Below the pieces are notes generated by a model. That model was not told where the DNA came from, did no database searches, and saw nothing but the letters and a program-made list of their open reading frames with translations. The position numbers and the translations under genes were made by a program. Below, piece by piece: positions 25,088-38,200 of a stretch of 64,000 bases of DNA (position 1 is its first letter; every line of letters starts with the position of its first letter). Source of the stretch: Octopus sinensis (taxonomy: Eukaryota); assembly GCF_006345805.1 (NCBI RefSeq), contig NC_043001.1:135470001-135534000 (forward strand), given 5' to 3'.

Positions 25088-25632
25088 TTAAATATTTGCT
25101 GGTAGCAGCCAGCACCAGCTAACTGTCATGTGACTCTGTCTAAGCTTCAACTGAACAATGAAGGAGAGGGACACATAGTTTTGGCTTGCGCCTTCTCTAA
25201 ACCTACCTTCCAACAATGTCATGTTAGTTCCAATTCCAGCAGCCAGAGACAACTTGCTGTCTGGTGGTACAAGCCTTCAAACCAGGAGGAGGGAGCGCAA
25301 TGAAAGAGATCTTTCCCTTGGTGCACCTGTCAAGCAGCAATGCTACTGAAGTGCCAGCCAGTTTCACCTAGTGATGCTATTTCCCAGTCGGCATGTTATG
25401 GCTTTTGAGCCATTTCGGGTCTTCTCATTTCAGCCGTATATAGAAGCTGGTTTTGTCAACTGCCGTCTGTATCCTCCTTATCACACTAATCACAAAGCAG
25501 TGTGGGTCATCATCATCATCAGCTGCAGCAATTTATTATCTGCTTTCCATACTTGCATGGGTTGGACAGAGTTTACTGAGGCAGATTTTCTATGGGCGGA
25601 TGCACTTCCTGTCACCAACCCCCACCTGTTTC

Positions 25633-25861
25633 TATTTCTTTACTACCCACAAGGGGCTAAACACAGAAGGGACAAACAAGGACAGACAAACGCACTAAGT
25701 CAATTATATCAACCCCAGTGCGTAACTGGTACTTATTTAATCGACCTCAAAAGGATGAAAGGCAAAGTCGACCTCGGCGGAATTTGAACTCAGAACGTAG
25801 CGACAGACGAAATACTGCTAAGCACTTCACCCGACGTGCTAACGTTTCAGCCAGCTCGCCG
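25633..25861 (-). mobile_element. SINE family B copy nested in an older repeat
   Basis: Flanked by the direct repeat CCTGTTTC (25625-25632, 25862-25869). The uninterrupted host repeat is seen at ~27155-27350. Confidence 0.85.
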
Positions 25862-26148
25862 CCTGTTTCAAAGCATGACAATATTTCCTCATAACCAGGT
25901 ATGTCTGTGCAGAACATTGGAAATAAATAACATTACTTGTATGACAGTGAAGCTCATTTACAAAAACTATCATGCAATGAAAAGACAAGGAGACATAAAC
26001 ATACACACACTCACACACTACTTAAACATACACACACTCTCACATAAACATACGCACACTCTCACAAACATACGCACACTCTCACTCACTACATATATAT
26101 ATATTTTTTTCCTCTGTCTTCCCTTCTCTGGATCTTTCTTTCTCCTAT

Positions 26149-26185
26149 GTTTCCGATGAAGAGCTCCGCACTCGAAACGTTAAAC
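26149..26185 (+). ncRNA. Minimal type I hammerhead motif with a core variant (CCGAUGA)
   Basis: GUUU-CCGAUGA-A-GAG CUCCGCA CUC-GAAA-C G-UU^AAAC. Stem I 4 bp, stem II 3 bp, loopless palindromic stem III (AACGUU). U4 is replaced by C and there is an extra A before stem II. Confidence 0.55.
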
Positions 26186-28209
26186 CCTCCTTCTTTCCTG
26201 AGCATCTTATAATACTATACGTGTTCCACGTCCTCGCGTTGTTGTTTTTTTTTGTGCTTTCTTCTTTGGATTAACTATATATATATATATATAATATAAC
26301 ATAATATAATATAAGCATAATTTTTCTCAAGTTTTTTAGCATATATTAATAAGTTAGATAACTAAATGTCATGACAAAATTTCTAAATAAATTTTTTATT
26401 CTTTTATTATCAACTGACGTCATCATAACTTTAAATACTGGTTTTTCTTAGGCTATTATATGTCTTCTTATCATTCTTTTTGTATGCATTCGTGTATCAG
26501 AGATATTATCTCAATTTGCTTTGAATTTAACTTGTTTTAGGTTACCTTGATAACATTGTGCTAGAATAAATTTTCAGATGTATTGATTTGACAGGTATAG
26601 AAGAATAAAGGATAGAATACCTTTATTCTTCAATATCGTTCAACTACGATAGTAGTTTAATATTCTTAAGGCCACAATTTACTCACATGCAACATTTTTC
26701 AGAGCTTGCCACTAATTCAGTTCATAATCAAATTGAAAACTGTTAACATTTTTCAAGCGAACTGGTCCCTAGCTACATTTTGGCATAAAAAAATTGAGAT
26801 TTGATCCAGTAGAAAAAAGTTTACATCAAAATTTGTAGCAACGTTATAGGAGAGTAAGTAATGCCACCAAGTTTATAAATCTAAAGAATATTATTTCTCT
26901 TGGCCACATTTTCCCATGTAATCTAAATATGCTGGTACAACAAAAACTATCATTGGTAACGTATGGTGTAGTCATCAAATAGCAATGTGATTTTCACCAT
27001 TCTTGTTCTTTTAGTTTCTGTCAGTGAACCCACTCACAAGGCTTTGAGTAGCTTGGGGTTTTAGGAGAAGACACTTACTCAATGTGCCCCGTAGTGAGAT
27101 TGAACTCAAAACCATGCAGCTGGGAAGTAAGCTTCTTAACCACACAGCCACACTTCCTGTCACCAGCCCCCACCTGTTTCAAAGCATGACAATATTTCCT
27201 CATAGCCAGGCATGTTTTTGCAGAACATTGGAAATAAATAACATTACTTGTATGACAGTGAAACTCATTTACAAAAACTATAATGCAATGAAAAGACAAG
27301 GGGACATAAACATACACACACTCACACACTACTTAAACATACACACACTCACATAAACATTGTCATCATCATCATCATTTAATGTTCACTTTCCATGCTA
27401 GCATGGGTTAGACTGACTACAGTCTAAAGAAACACTCTATTACATCTGGTAAAAGTACAGAACAAGAACATTTTTACTTCAAATATTGCAGCTAAGGATA
27501 AAATTTCAAAGAAAGTATTTAGATTTAGAAAGTATTAGCTTTTATAATTAAGAGTGACTGACTGGCAGACCTGACACTGACAAAATATCTCACAGTTTTT
27601 GATTATAAGCCTGTACATTCTTCCAAGAGGTTGATTTGAATCAATTATATCCTTCACCTAAATTTACGACCTTGCACCGATGTCACAAACCAATATTTAT
27701 GCATTTAATCAATGCAAATTATCACAATTTAAATTTCAACAAGCCATTTAGACGGTTCCATGATTTGTAACTCAGTTGCTCAAAATGTTTGTTTTTCCAA
27801 AGCATACGGGGGCAGTTGGCACATTGTCAATGTGTTTAAAACCTTTGCCAGAACATATAGTTCATGTCAGTCTTTCAAAATCTGTGACAGAGCATGTGGT
27901 GCAGTTGGCACTGAACCAGCATGCATTTTAAATCCTGCATTACTTACCGAGTTGCGTTTTTTTTTATATAGAGCAAATGACCATTTCTTCCTGTTGTGCT
28001 GATTTATATTTGGAATGTCAGTAAACATCTTTATCGACCATGTAACTACTCGGAAGACATATTTACATCCACATGTAAAAACATGCATATACACATAGCT
28101 ACTTCTCATATTTATATATATGTAAGCACATATACATATATACACATACAAGAATACGCAAATTAGACAGATCAATATATAAGGTATATTAAATACATGA
28201 AATACAAAA

Positions 28210-28640
28210 AATGTATACTCCTTACTCTTTTACTTGTTTCAGTCATTTGACTGTGGCCATGCTGGAGCACCGCCTTTAGTCAATCTAATCAACCCCAAGA
28301 CTTATTCTTTGTAAGCCTAGTACTTATTCTATCGGTCTCTTTTGCCGAACCGCTAAGTTACGGGGGACATAGACACACCAGCATCGGTTGTCAAGTGATG
28401 TTGGGGGGACAAAACAGACACACAAACATGCACTCATTTACTTGTTTCAGTCATTTGACTGTGGCCATGCTGGAGCACCGCCTTTAGTCGAGCTAATCGA
28501 CCCCAGGACTTATTCTTTGTAAGCCTAGTACTTATTCTATCGGTCTCTTTTGCCAAACCGCTAAGTTACGGGGGACATAGACACACCAGCATCGGTTGTC
28601 AAGCGATGTTGTGGGGGACAAACACAGACACACAAATACA
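28210..28640 (-). mobile_element. Tandem duplicate of the SINE family A 3' half
   Basis: Two ~200-bp near-identical TTACTTGTTTCAGTCATTTGACTGTGGCC...GGGGACAAA segments head-to-tail. Confidence 0.8.
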
Positions 28641-28914
28641 TATATGTTTACATACAAAAAGGTCCGACTTACATAGAATACAAATGATATAGAGAATTTG
28701 AACTTCTTTCCTTTATCACCTCAAATGTAAGATCTCTTCCCTGAAGACATAGGCTCATCTCACCCTACGATGGAATCAATCTACAAACATTATTTTGGGC
28801 CACTGAGCCCCCCAGAAATGGCAGCTGGATTTGTAATACTTTTCTTCAACCCCTTTAATTTTCTATATCATTTGTATTCTGCGTAAGGTGGACCTTTTTG
28901 CATGTAAACATATA
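28641..28914. mobile_element. MITE-like element with 58-bp terminal inverted repeats
   Basis: 28641-28698 and the reverse complement of 28857-28914 match at 52/58 positions; TA-rich ends. Confidence 0.75.
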
Positions 28915-28959
28915 TACATCTTTTGTATTTCATGTATTTAATATACTATATATATATTG

Positions 28960-29253
28960 ATGTGGCCGTTGCCAGCGCCGCCTTGGCTGGCTTCCGTGCC
29001 GGTGGCACGTTAAAAGCTCCAACCGATCATGGCCGATGCCGGACCCCCCTGGCACCTGTGCAGGTGGCACGTAAAAAGCACCCACTACACTCGCGGAGTG
29101 GTTGGCGTTAGGAAGGGCATCCAGCTGTAGAAACTCTGCCAGATCAGACTGGAGCCTGGTGTAGCCCCTGGCTTCCCAGACCCCGGTCGAACCGTCCAAC
29201 CCGTGCTAGCGTGGAAAATGGACGTTAAACGATGATGATGATGATGATGATGA
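28960..29253 (+). mobile_element. RTE-related retroposon 3' end with (GAT)n tail (family D)
   Basis: GGCACGTAAAAAGCACCCACTACAC...GGAAGGGCATCCAGCTGTAG...CCAACCCGTGCTAGC...GGACGTTAAAC(GAT)n. At 30200-30770, 51400-51560 and 60950-61355 the same tail joins an RTE C-terminal coding remnant. Confidence 0.75.
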
Positions 29254-31924
29254 TGTGTCCAACTTGTTTATCCCTAGATTTACTTCTATACCTGCTCAAG
29301 TTTAAATCTCTTGAGCACTACAAAAATGTATTCTACATGGAAAGTGTCAGATTCTCATCTATGGACTATATATAGACATACATATACACACACATATAAA
29401 CATGTACACACACATGATGTAGATCAGAAGTGCATAATCCATTTGACACCCATGAAACTAGGATTCTAAGCAACAGCTGCACAGGAATATTTGGGTGGAA
29501 TTCTTACATCCACCCTTGGTATCCAACAGTGTTGTATACACACACACATTGATAAACACACACATCGTATGTACATTGATATACACACACATACACACAC
29601 CAAACGTTGCTATTGCTGTTGGTTGACTCACGATCACATCTGTCTTTGACTTCACTCTGTTTATTTATTTTGAAGTTGTCATCCTGGCTTACTTCTCACA
29701 CCCGATACATGTAAATACACACACAGACAAACTCATATACACATGCCATATACATATCCATACATGCAAACACATACACAGAGATATACATGCAATCATT
29801 ATCATTAAGACACACACACACACACACCATGACATGCACATACACACCATCACATACATATTATATATGTAACACCATCATCGTCATTAGCATAATTTAA
29901 TGCTAGCTTTCGTGCACATACATACTGTCAAGGACACATATTTCACATACACCCTCATCTCTACACCTACACATGCATCATACACATCTACACAGCACAT
30001 TCACATATCTATATACATGCGCATAACGCAAACATCTATACATACACTTATGAAAAAATAATTAATATATAATAATAAAGCATGCACACACATCCACGCA
30101 TACATATCCACACATGCATCAAAAGTACAAGAGAATATTTCTCCATTCACAAAATTAACTAGTTTAAAAGAGAAAGGGCACATATAGCAGGGTAAATCTT
30201 TGATACACTGGCTGTACAAAAGGTAGGATGGCCATGGTTGGAACATGTTCGATCATAACTCTGGCAGAACAAGACTGATCTGGAGAGACCCAAGAAAACG
30301 TGTGATGAAGCGATGAGAAAAGATCTTCAGACACTAGGGCCTCACTGAGGTAATGACAAGGGATAGGGATATGTGGCGATTTGCTGCACTTGATAAGACA
30401 TGTCAAGCTAAGTAAAATCGCTGTCTTCCACACATACAGGATTGTCCTTTCAGGTGCTGGTGCCACTTGAAAAGTATCCATGCCGGTGCTGCATTAATGC
30501 ACCTGTGCCTGCGCTGCATAAAACACCCATGCTGGTAGTATGTAAAGAGCACCAGTGCCAGTGCTGTGTTAATGCACCCGTGACGGTGGCATGTAAAAAG
30601 CACCCTGCTCACTCTGTTATGAAGTTGGCATTAGGAAGGGCAGCTAGCCATAGAAACTATGCCACAATAGAGTGTTGGAGTCCAGTAAAGCTCCCTGCTA
30701 GCCAGCTTCATGTCAAATGATCCAACCCATGCCAACATAGAGACTGGACATATGATGATGATGATGAATTATGTAGTCCTAGATACAGTATATTTGAGAA
30801 CACAACAGGATGGTGAAGGGTGGAACACCTATGATCATAGGCTTTGTCAATCAACAGTAGCCTGGGGTTAAAGAACAACAATAAAGAGGGACAGTAGCTA
30901 ATCTAGTCCTCTACATAATCAGTTTAAACATCTGTACATAGGTGACTGGAGGTAAAAATATGTTCAGGGGCAGAAAATTTTGGAAGGTTGTTGTTACTGA
31001 GAGGAGAAATGGTTCTTTTGTACAAGGAGGAAGAAGTACTTATCACAGTTAACAAGACCTCCGTGACTGCTGGGGGGGGGGGGGGAAATTAAGGAGGAAT
31101 GTATTCTTACTCCAGAGGCCTGACCTGGAAGCTTGCAACAGAGTGGACTCAGCTAAAGGCACTCAAGATCTGAATGAACAGAGTGAGTCTTGGTAGAGAT
31201 GGGATTCAGGTTGCTATTTCCGAACAAGTGGGTCTTGGAAGTAATAGTATTTCACATAACAGGTTGAGATGAACAAAGGTTATTGTAATAGCAATAGGGA
31301 ATTTCAACCGTGTTTCGTGGTCTACTACCAGAAACAGTGCCTTTATAGGATCCAGTTAGCTCAAGACATCATCAGGAGGAACCACGTCCGGTTTTGGGCC
31401 CTACTCCTCTACCGTTTTGACATGGCGTCTCACTCCATTCGGAGGCATCTCGCTCCATTCGGAGGCGTCTCGCTCCATTCGGAGGTGTCTTCAGCTCTGG
31501 TGTTGGGTGCATGTCTCCTTTCTTCTGTTCCCTGGCCTCTTCGATGTAGACACTAAGAGGTTAAACATGATGTCCATTGTGAGCCAGTGGTTGCAGAGTG
31601 TTGGCAATTTGAGCTTTGCTAATCATTAGAATGCTCTTACTTTTAGATTCTTCTGAGGTACAAACATTCTATTTGATATTTCTTTAAATATTTAAAAATT
31701 CATTTAATAAAATGTTTCTAGTTATGATTGAGTAACTGTTTTACCCTAGTAAATTGCTGGTATTATTTCTTTACTAAGTTTTGCTAATTAACCAGATAAA
31801 TACATCAGTGGTTAGATTGAAATTAAAAAGATTATTGACGTAAGAAATGGGGGATTGAATGAAATGGTGTTAAGTTCTTTACCATATTTACTATTTTTAT
31901 TCCTTTTCCCTCCTTGTTGCTGCC

Positions 31925-31988
<64 letters not shown>

Positions 31989-33000
31989 AGAGAGAAGGAG
32001 AGAGAAATAGATAAATACAGAGGGAATACTGTAAAATAAGATTTGTCAAACATTCCAAGAAACTGGTTCCCATTTACATCATCCAAAACTTTTCTACCAC
32101 CGCCACTACATTGTCATCAGAATCATCGTCATCATCATCATTTCATCTGACATGTGTTTTGTCATGCTTGCAACAGAGAGAGGCTTATGTGTCACCTCTA
32201 ACATATTGTTAGAGAGAGGGAGAGAGAGAAGGAAAGAGAGAGAGAGAGAGGTGAAGTAAAAACAATGTGTAGCAGAGCATGGAAAATTGGGGCAAGGATT
32301 TAATGCTTCAATGCAGTCTGCCTAATGTCAACCCCTGCATGTATAAGTGGGGGGAAAAGAGAAAGAAAGGGAGTAGTCAAGTGAGAGAGTGATTCTTCTC
32401 AAATAGAAGCAAATGATTAAATATAAAGAATATATTAAAAAAAAAACACAAAAGAAACAAAAATGGAAAAATATCCAAAAAGTAAAGAATATGGTATGGT
32501 ATCAGGGTTGCATGGATTATAGAAAATATTGGTTATGTTTTGAAAGAACAGAGATTTTAAAGGCAAATAAATGGTTTACAACAGAATATTGGAATCGGTT
32601 TCCATAAAGCAAAATCCCTAAGGAATAAATGATAGCAAATATACTACAAGAACAGAAAGAAATCATGGAACTGAATAGTAAAAGAATTATTCAAATATAT
32701 TTATGTGAAGATTTCGGTTCAGTTTGGCATAAAGACAAGGAAATTGTGTAATATGTCAGTAATATATTATGTAAAGTCTTTTGTTAGAAAAACGTCTCTG
32801 CGGAATAACCAAAGCAAACAGATGAAGTTTGAACATGCATGTGTGTGAGGGTGTGTGTGTGTGTTATTTTACTGCTTTTAGGCATTGACCTGTGGCCATA
32901 CTGGAGCACAGTTTTTGAGGATTTTTCAGTCGTTCATATCAATCCTAATACCTATTTCTGTATGCTGCGTATATTTTTAATATTTTCTTTCATCCTTTAA

Positions 33001-33221
33001 TCCTTTAGTGTTCACATTATTCTGCCAAAATTAATCCTTTTTTATCCACATTGTTTTGAACTAATCATGCATTATCTTGTAGTTATGAGATTTTGATGAG
33101 GTAGCTGTTAATTTTTAAAACGATATTGTAGGGTTGGTGTGAAAGACCAGATCTGGCCAGTTTGAACATAAAACAGGCAGAATACTTTTGGCCGGATATA
33201 GCCAGTTTAAATGCTAATGGG
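33001..33221. mobile_element. TTAA-flanked MITE, older copy
   Basis: TTAA at 32997-33000 and 33222-33225; body matches 40680-40897. Confidence 0.75.
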
Positions 33222-34023
33222 TTAATGGTTTTTCAGTCATTGGACTCTGGCCATGCTGGAGCACCACTCGATGGGTTTAATCAAAACGAATCTACATCCA
33301 CCCCAGTATTTATTTTTCTGCATGTATTTTTGCTAAACTGCTGTGTTCAGATGAATGTAAACAAACCAACAACAATTGTCAAGTGAGGCAGGACAAACGC
33401 GAAGACAGACACACATACATATGCACATAAAGATACAACAGGCTTCCATATATTTTCCATCGACCAAGTTCACTCCTAAGGCATTGGTTGGCCCAGGGCT
33501 ATAGTAGAAGACAATGGCCCAAGGTGCTGTGCAGTGTGCCTGAACCTGAAACCATGTAGTCACAAAGTGAACTTCTTAATAGCCATGCCTGCACCTATTT
33601 GAATATAGATGCAAGAGAGGCTGTGTGGTAAGAAACTTGCTTCCTAACCACATGGTCCTGGGTTCAGTCCTACTGCATGGCACCTTGGGCAAGTGCCTTC
33701 TACTATAGCCTCGGGTTGACCAAAGTATTGTAAGTGGATTTAGTAGACAGAAACTGAAATAAATCTGTAGTATATATATATGTATGAATGTATTTGTGTC
33801 TGTACCCCCCCCCCCACATTGCTTGACACCGATGTTTGTGCTTACATCCCCATAACTTAGTGGTTTGGCAAAAACGATCAATAGAATAAGTACTAGTCTT
33901 ACAAAAAATAAGTCCTGGGGTGCTCCAGCATGGCCACAGTCAAATGACTGAAACAAATAAAAGAATAAAATACTATATATATATATATATATGTATGCAG
34001 GCATGTTTATATATATATATACA

Positions 34024-34077
<54 letters not shown>

Positions 34078-34115
34078 CAAACATACATATATATATATAT
34101 ATATATATACAACAT

Positions 34116-34147
<32 letters not shown>

Positions 34148-34479
34148 CAAACATACATATATACATACATATATATATATATATGCCAAATTCACCTTAA
34201 GAATATGTATACCAATATAATTTCAGTTGAACTATGAACATTTATTCCATGAAAATATATCTTTATATTTTTTTTATACATATAAACACATATTAAGCAC
34301 ATTAATCTCCACTTGTGTTTCAAAATTAAGCTTGTTTTAATTACAGAAAATATATATGTATATATAAAAAGAAAATTTTGGCACATTTTCAACTGTTTCT
34401 CAGTATTTTTCCTATATATATATATATAATTTCCTATATATATATATATTTCCTATATATATATATATATATTTCCTAT

Positions 34480-34544
<65 letters not shown>

Positions 34545-35309
34545 TTAAAAAAGGAGATGTGGAACACGAGTTGTGATATATATAAAAAAAAAAAGGAATG
34601 AAGAAAATGCTGACAAAATAATTTAAGTAAGGGAGAGTGTATTTAATTAGGTGAAAGTTCTTTTACCGGTTGCGCATTTGTTATGCTTATCAAAAGATAT
34701 ATTTTTAAGAGAGATAGAGTTCCTTTCTGATAGATTTTTTCTCTTATATATATATATATACATATATACATATATATATGTATGTATATACATATATGCA
34801 TGTACATACATGTATGTATATATGTATGTTTACAAATGTTTTTATGTTATAATAAAAACTATTTTACATTAAATCAAAAGATTACTCAATACAGTTTGTA
34901 GAGTAGAAATTTATTATTTTTTAACAAGAATAGTATTGACAGTGACTTTGAAATTCTGGCCAGTTAAGCTATTGTCAGTCCATTGTATGGTACCTTGAGC
35001 AAGTATCTTCTACCATTAGCCTCAGGCCAACCAAAGCCTTGTGAGTGGATTTGGTAGATAGAAACTGAAAGCAGCATGTCATGTGTGTGTGTGTGTGTGT
35101 GTGTGTATCTGTGTTCCATCACTGCTTAACAACCAGTGTTGGTGTGTTTATGTTTCTGTATCTTAGTGGTTCAGCCAAAAGAGAATGATAGAATAAGTAC
35201 CAGACTTAAAAATAAGTACTGGGGTTGATGCATCTGACTAAAATTCTTCAAGGCAGTGCCCCAGCATGGCCAGTGTCTGAAGACTAAAACAAGTGAATGA
35301 TAAAAGAGA

Positions 35310-35750
35310 AAGCCAGAATCGTAGCTGTGGCCAGTGCCCTCTGTCTGGTTCTTGTTTCAGTGGCATGTAAAAAGCACCATCCGAACATGGCTGATGCCAG
35401 CGCCCCCTGTCTGGCTCCCATGCAGGTGGCATGTAAAAAGCACCTCTGAATATGGCCGATGCCAGTGCTCCTGACTGGCTCCCGTGCCAGTGGCATGTAA
35501 AAAGCACTATCTGAACATGATCAATGCCAGGCCTGCCTTACTAGCTCCTGCGCCTGTGGCATGTAAAAAGTACCTACTACACTTTTGGAGTGGTTGGCAT
35601 TAGGAAGGGCATACAGCTGTAGAAACATTGCCAGATCAGGTTGGAACCTGGTGCAGCCACTGGTTTTTCAGACCTTAGTCAAACCATTCAACCCATGCCA
35701 GCACAGAAAACGGATGTTAAACGATGATGATGATAATAATGATGATGATA
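35310..35750 (+). mobile_element. Family D retroposon 3' end with internal ~55-60-bp subrepeats
   Basis: Four or five GGCATGTAAAAAG(C/T)AC-containing units followed by the conserved tail and (GAT)n. Confidence 0.7.
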
Positions 35751-36507
35751 TACATACATGTGTTCATATTATTTGGGACTGTTAGTCCCTTACCAGGGCT
35801 GGGCGGACTAGCCACAAATCAAGTCATTATGCTGACGGTAGTAAAATCATAGCAAAAGATTGCATAATATGCAGCACATGCAAGGAAGTTTCAAATTTAT
35901 TCAAAAGATATGGTGTTATTACACAATGAGCACATATACAGTTTTGCTTATAAGACATGTAAGGGCTTAGGAGGCTTCAAGAAGCATGATTCTTAAAACA
36001 GTAAGTAATGGTCATTTTTGGATGTGATTGGATTGTTGTCATATATACATGTGTATGTGTGTGTCTGTATAAATATATGTATATGTGTGTGAGAGAAAGG
36101 GGTTATATAAATATATATGTGAGTATATGTAGTTGTGTGTGTGTATGTGTGTGAGTGTGTTTGTGTTTGCCAAGGTTTTAGAAGTAAAAGGAAGCAACAA
36201 AGGACCAATTTTGGAACCCCCTGTGTGCATGTGTGGGGTTCTGGTATGGTGGTGGCTGTGTATATCTATCTGTATAATGCATTAATACTTAAAAAATTCG
36301 GTCAAATGAACAGGCAGCTGCGATATGTCTTGGGAGAATTCTGGAGGTGTATGTAAACACGGTATTATAATTTTATCTCTTATCAAATGACAGGAAGCAA
36401 GACATAAACAAGAAACACAGAGAATACATATTATATTATGTTATTCCTTCTTCCCCACATCACTCATAAAAATTATGAGCACCTAACGCTCCCTCTTAAC
36501 ACTGACC

Positions 36508-36540
<33 letters not shown>

Positions 36541-36541
<1 letters not shown>

Positions 36542-36836
36542 CACGTGACCGACCAGACCATCAGATGTTTTACACATTGCTAGTCACAAAGCGTTCGCAT
36601 TGTTTTAGCCTTCAAATGACGCCACCCCACTGGCTAAGCGAGCAGGCCAACAGAAGAAAGAGTGGGAGAAAGAGTGGTGAAAGAGTACAGCAGGGATCTC
36701 CACCCCCTGCTGGAGCGTCGTGGAGCTTTTGGGTGTTTTCACTCAATAAACACACACAATGCCCGGTCTGGGAATCGAAACTGCGATCCTATGACCGCGA
36801 GTCTGCTGCCCTAACCACTGGGCCATTGTGCCCCCA
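36541..36836 (-). mobile_element. SINE family C copy
   Basis: Close match to 6045-6346. Confidence 0.8.
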
Positions 36837-37566
36837 CTATATATATATATCTGCTATCCCATTTACTCTTTTAGTTATGTTTATTTTGCACAATGGAGAT
36901 GGCTGGGACCACATAAAAAGCACTCCTGCTGGTGCTACATAAGAAGCACCCAATACTCTCTGTAAAGTGGTTGGCATTAGGAAGGGCATCCAGCCATAGA
37001 AATCAAGCCAAAACAGACTATGGAATTAGATGTGGCCCCTGGCCCTGCCAGTTCCTGTCAAGCTGTCCAACCTATGACAGCATGATGATAAAATAGTATA
37101 GAAGAGAGGAGACTCTTTATTTCTGCTGGGGACATGACAATCCAGTTTAGTACCACTCCTGATCTTCCCAAGTTGGAAGCAAGTCAGAATTCAAAGATAT
37201 CAGTTAAGAGAGGTGTGCATACTTGATGATGTAAACAGAGTTGGAAACTGTCAGATGCGCTAGGATATCTTGTCTTTGTGCCATTTATATATATCAATAT
37301 CTATCTATGTAGCTGCTTAAATATATGTGGATATGATCATGTGCTTGTATCATATATATGCTTGTGTGTGTGTGTATGTGAATGTACGCATGCACGTGTG
37401 TGTGTGTGTGTGTGTGTTTGGTTATTTTATGACAAAAATAAATATTTGAAAAAGTAGCTCACAAAATATAGCATTGGAAAATCACTGCAAAACTACAAGA
37501 GTCTATGTGTGTATATATACATACACACATGTGTGTGTATGTATACGTACATACATTTATATATAT

Positions 37567-38200
37567 ATCATCATCATCATTTAACGTCCGCTTTCCATGC
37601 TAGCATGGGTTGGACGGTTCAACTGGGGTCTGGGGAGCCCGAAGGCTGCACCAGGCCAGTCAGATCTGGCAGTATTTCTACAGCTGGATGCCCTTCCTAA
37701 CGCCAACCACTCCGAGAGTGTAGTGGGTGATTTTATGTGCCACCGACCACGGTGCCAGACGAGGCTGGCGAACGGCCACGCTCGGATGGTGTTTTTTATG
37801 TGCCACCGACACAGTGCCAGACGAGGCTGGCGAACGGCCACGCTCGGATGGTGTTTTTTATGTGCCACCGACACAGGTGCCAGACGAGGCTGGCAGACGG
37901 CCACGCTCGGATGGTGTTTTTTATGTGCTACCGACACAGTGCCAGATGAGGCTGGCGAGCGGCCACGAACGGATGGTGTTTGTACATGCCCACAGCACGG
38001 AGGCCAGTCGATGCGGTAATGGCTACGGCCACGTTCGGATGGTTTTTCTTGTGTGCCACCGGCACTGGTACCACAAAGATACAAATTCCATTGATGTTCA
38101 TCTATTTTGATTTGTTTTGATTTTGATTTTCACTTGCCTCAACAGGTCTTCACAAGTGTCACAAGAAGGAAGGTATGCACAGGTGGACTGACTACGTCCC
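37567..38200 (-). mobile_element. Family D retroposon 3' end with a young 62-bp tandem array
   Basis: (ATC)n tail at 37567. Units start at 37752, 37814, 37877 and 37939 (GTGCCAGACGAGGCTGGCGAACGGCCACGCTCGGATGGTGTTTTTTATGTGCCACCGACACA). Confidence 0.8.

Noticed and set aside
27867-27960. Minus-strand reading ...SQILKD*H resembling the SelJ Sec context
   Set aside because: No GT donor after TGA-N and no flanking similarity.
31310-31400. CUGAUGA...GAAAC on the minus strand (also ~24625-24710)
   Set aside because: No stem I, stem II closing pair or stem III can be formed around the cores; an HDV-like fold also did not fit by eye.
32073-32110. Candidate upstream SelJ exon ending TGA-T|GT (…EKF(G)*)
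   Set aside because: In-frame TAG just upstream, spacing to the expected motif is wrong, and it borders a (GAT)n tract.
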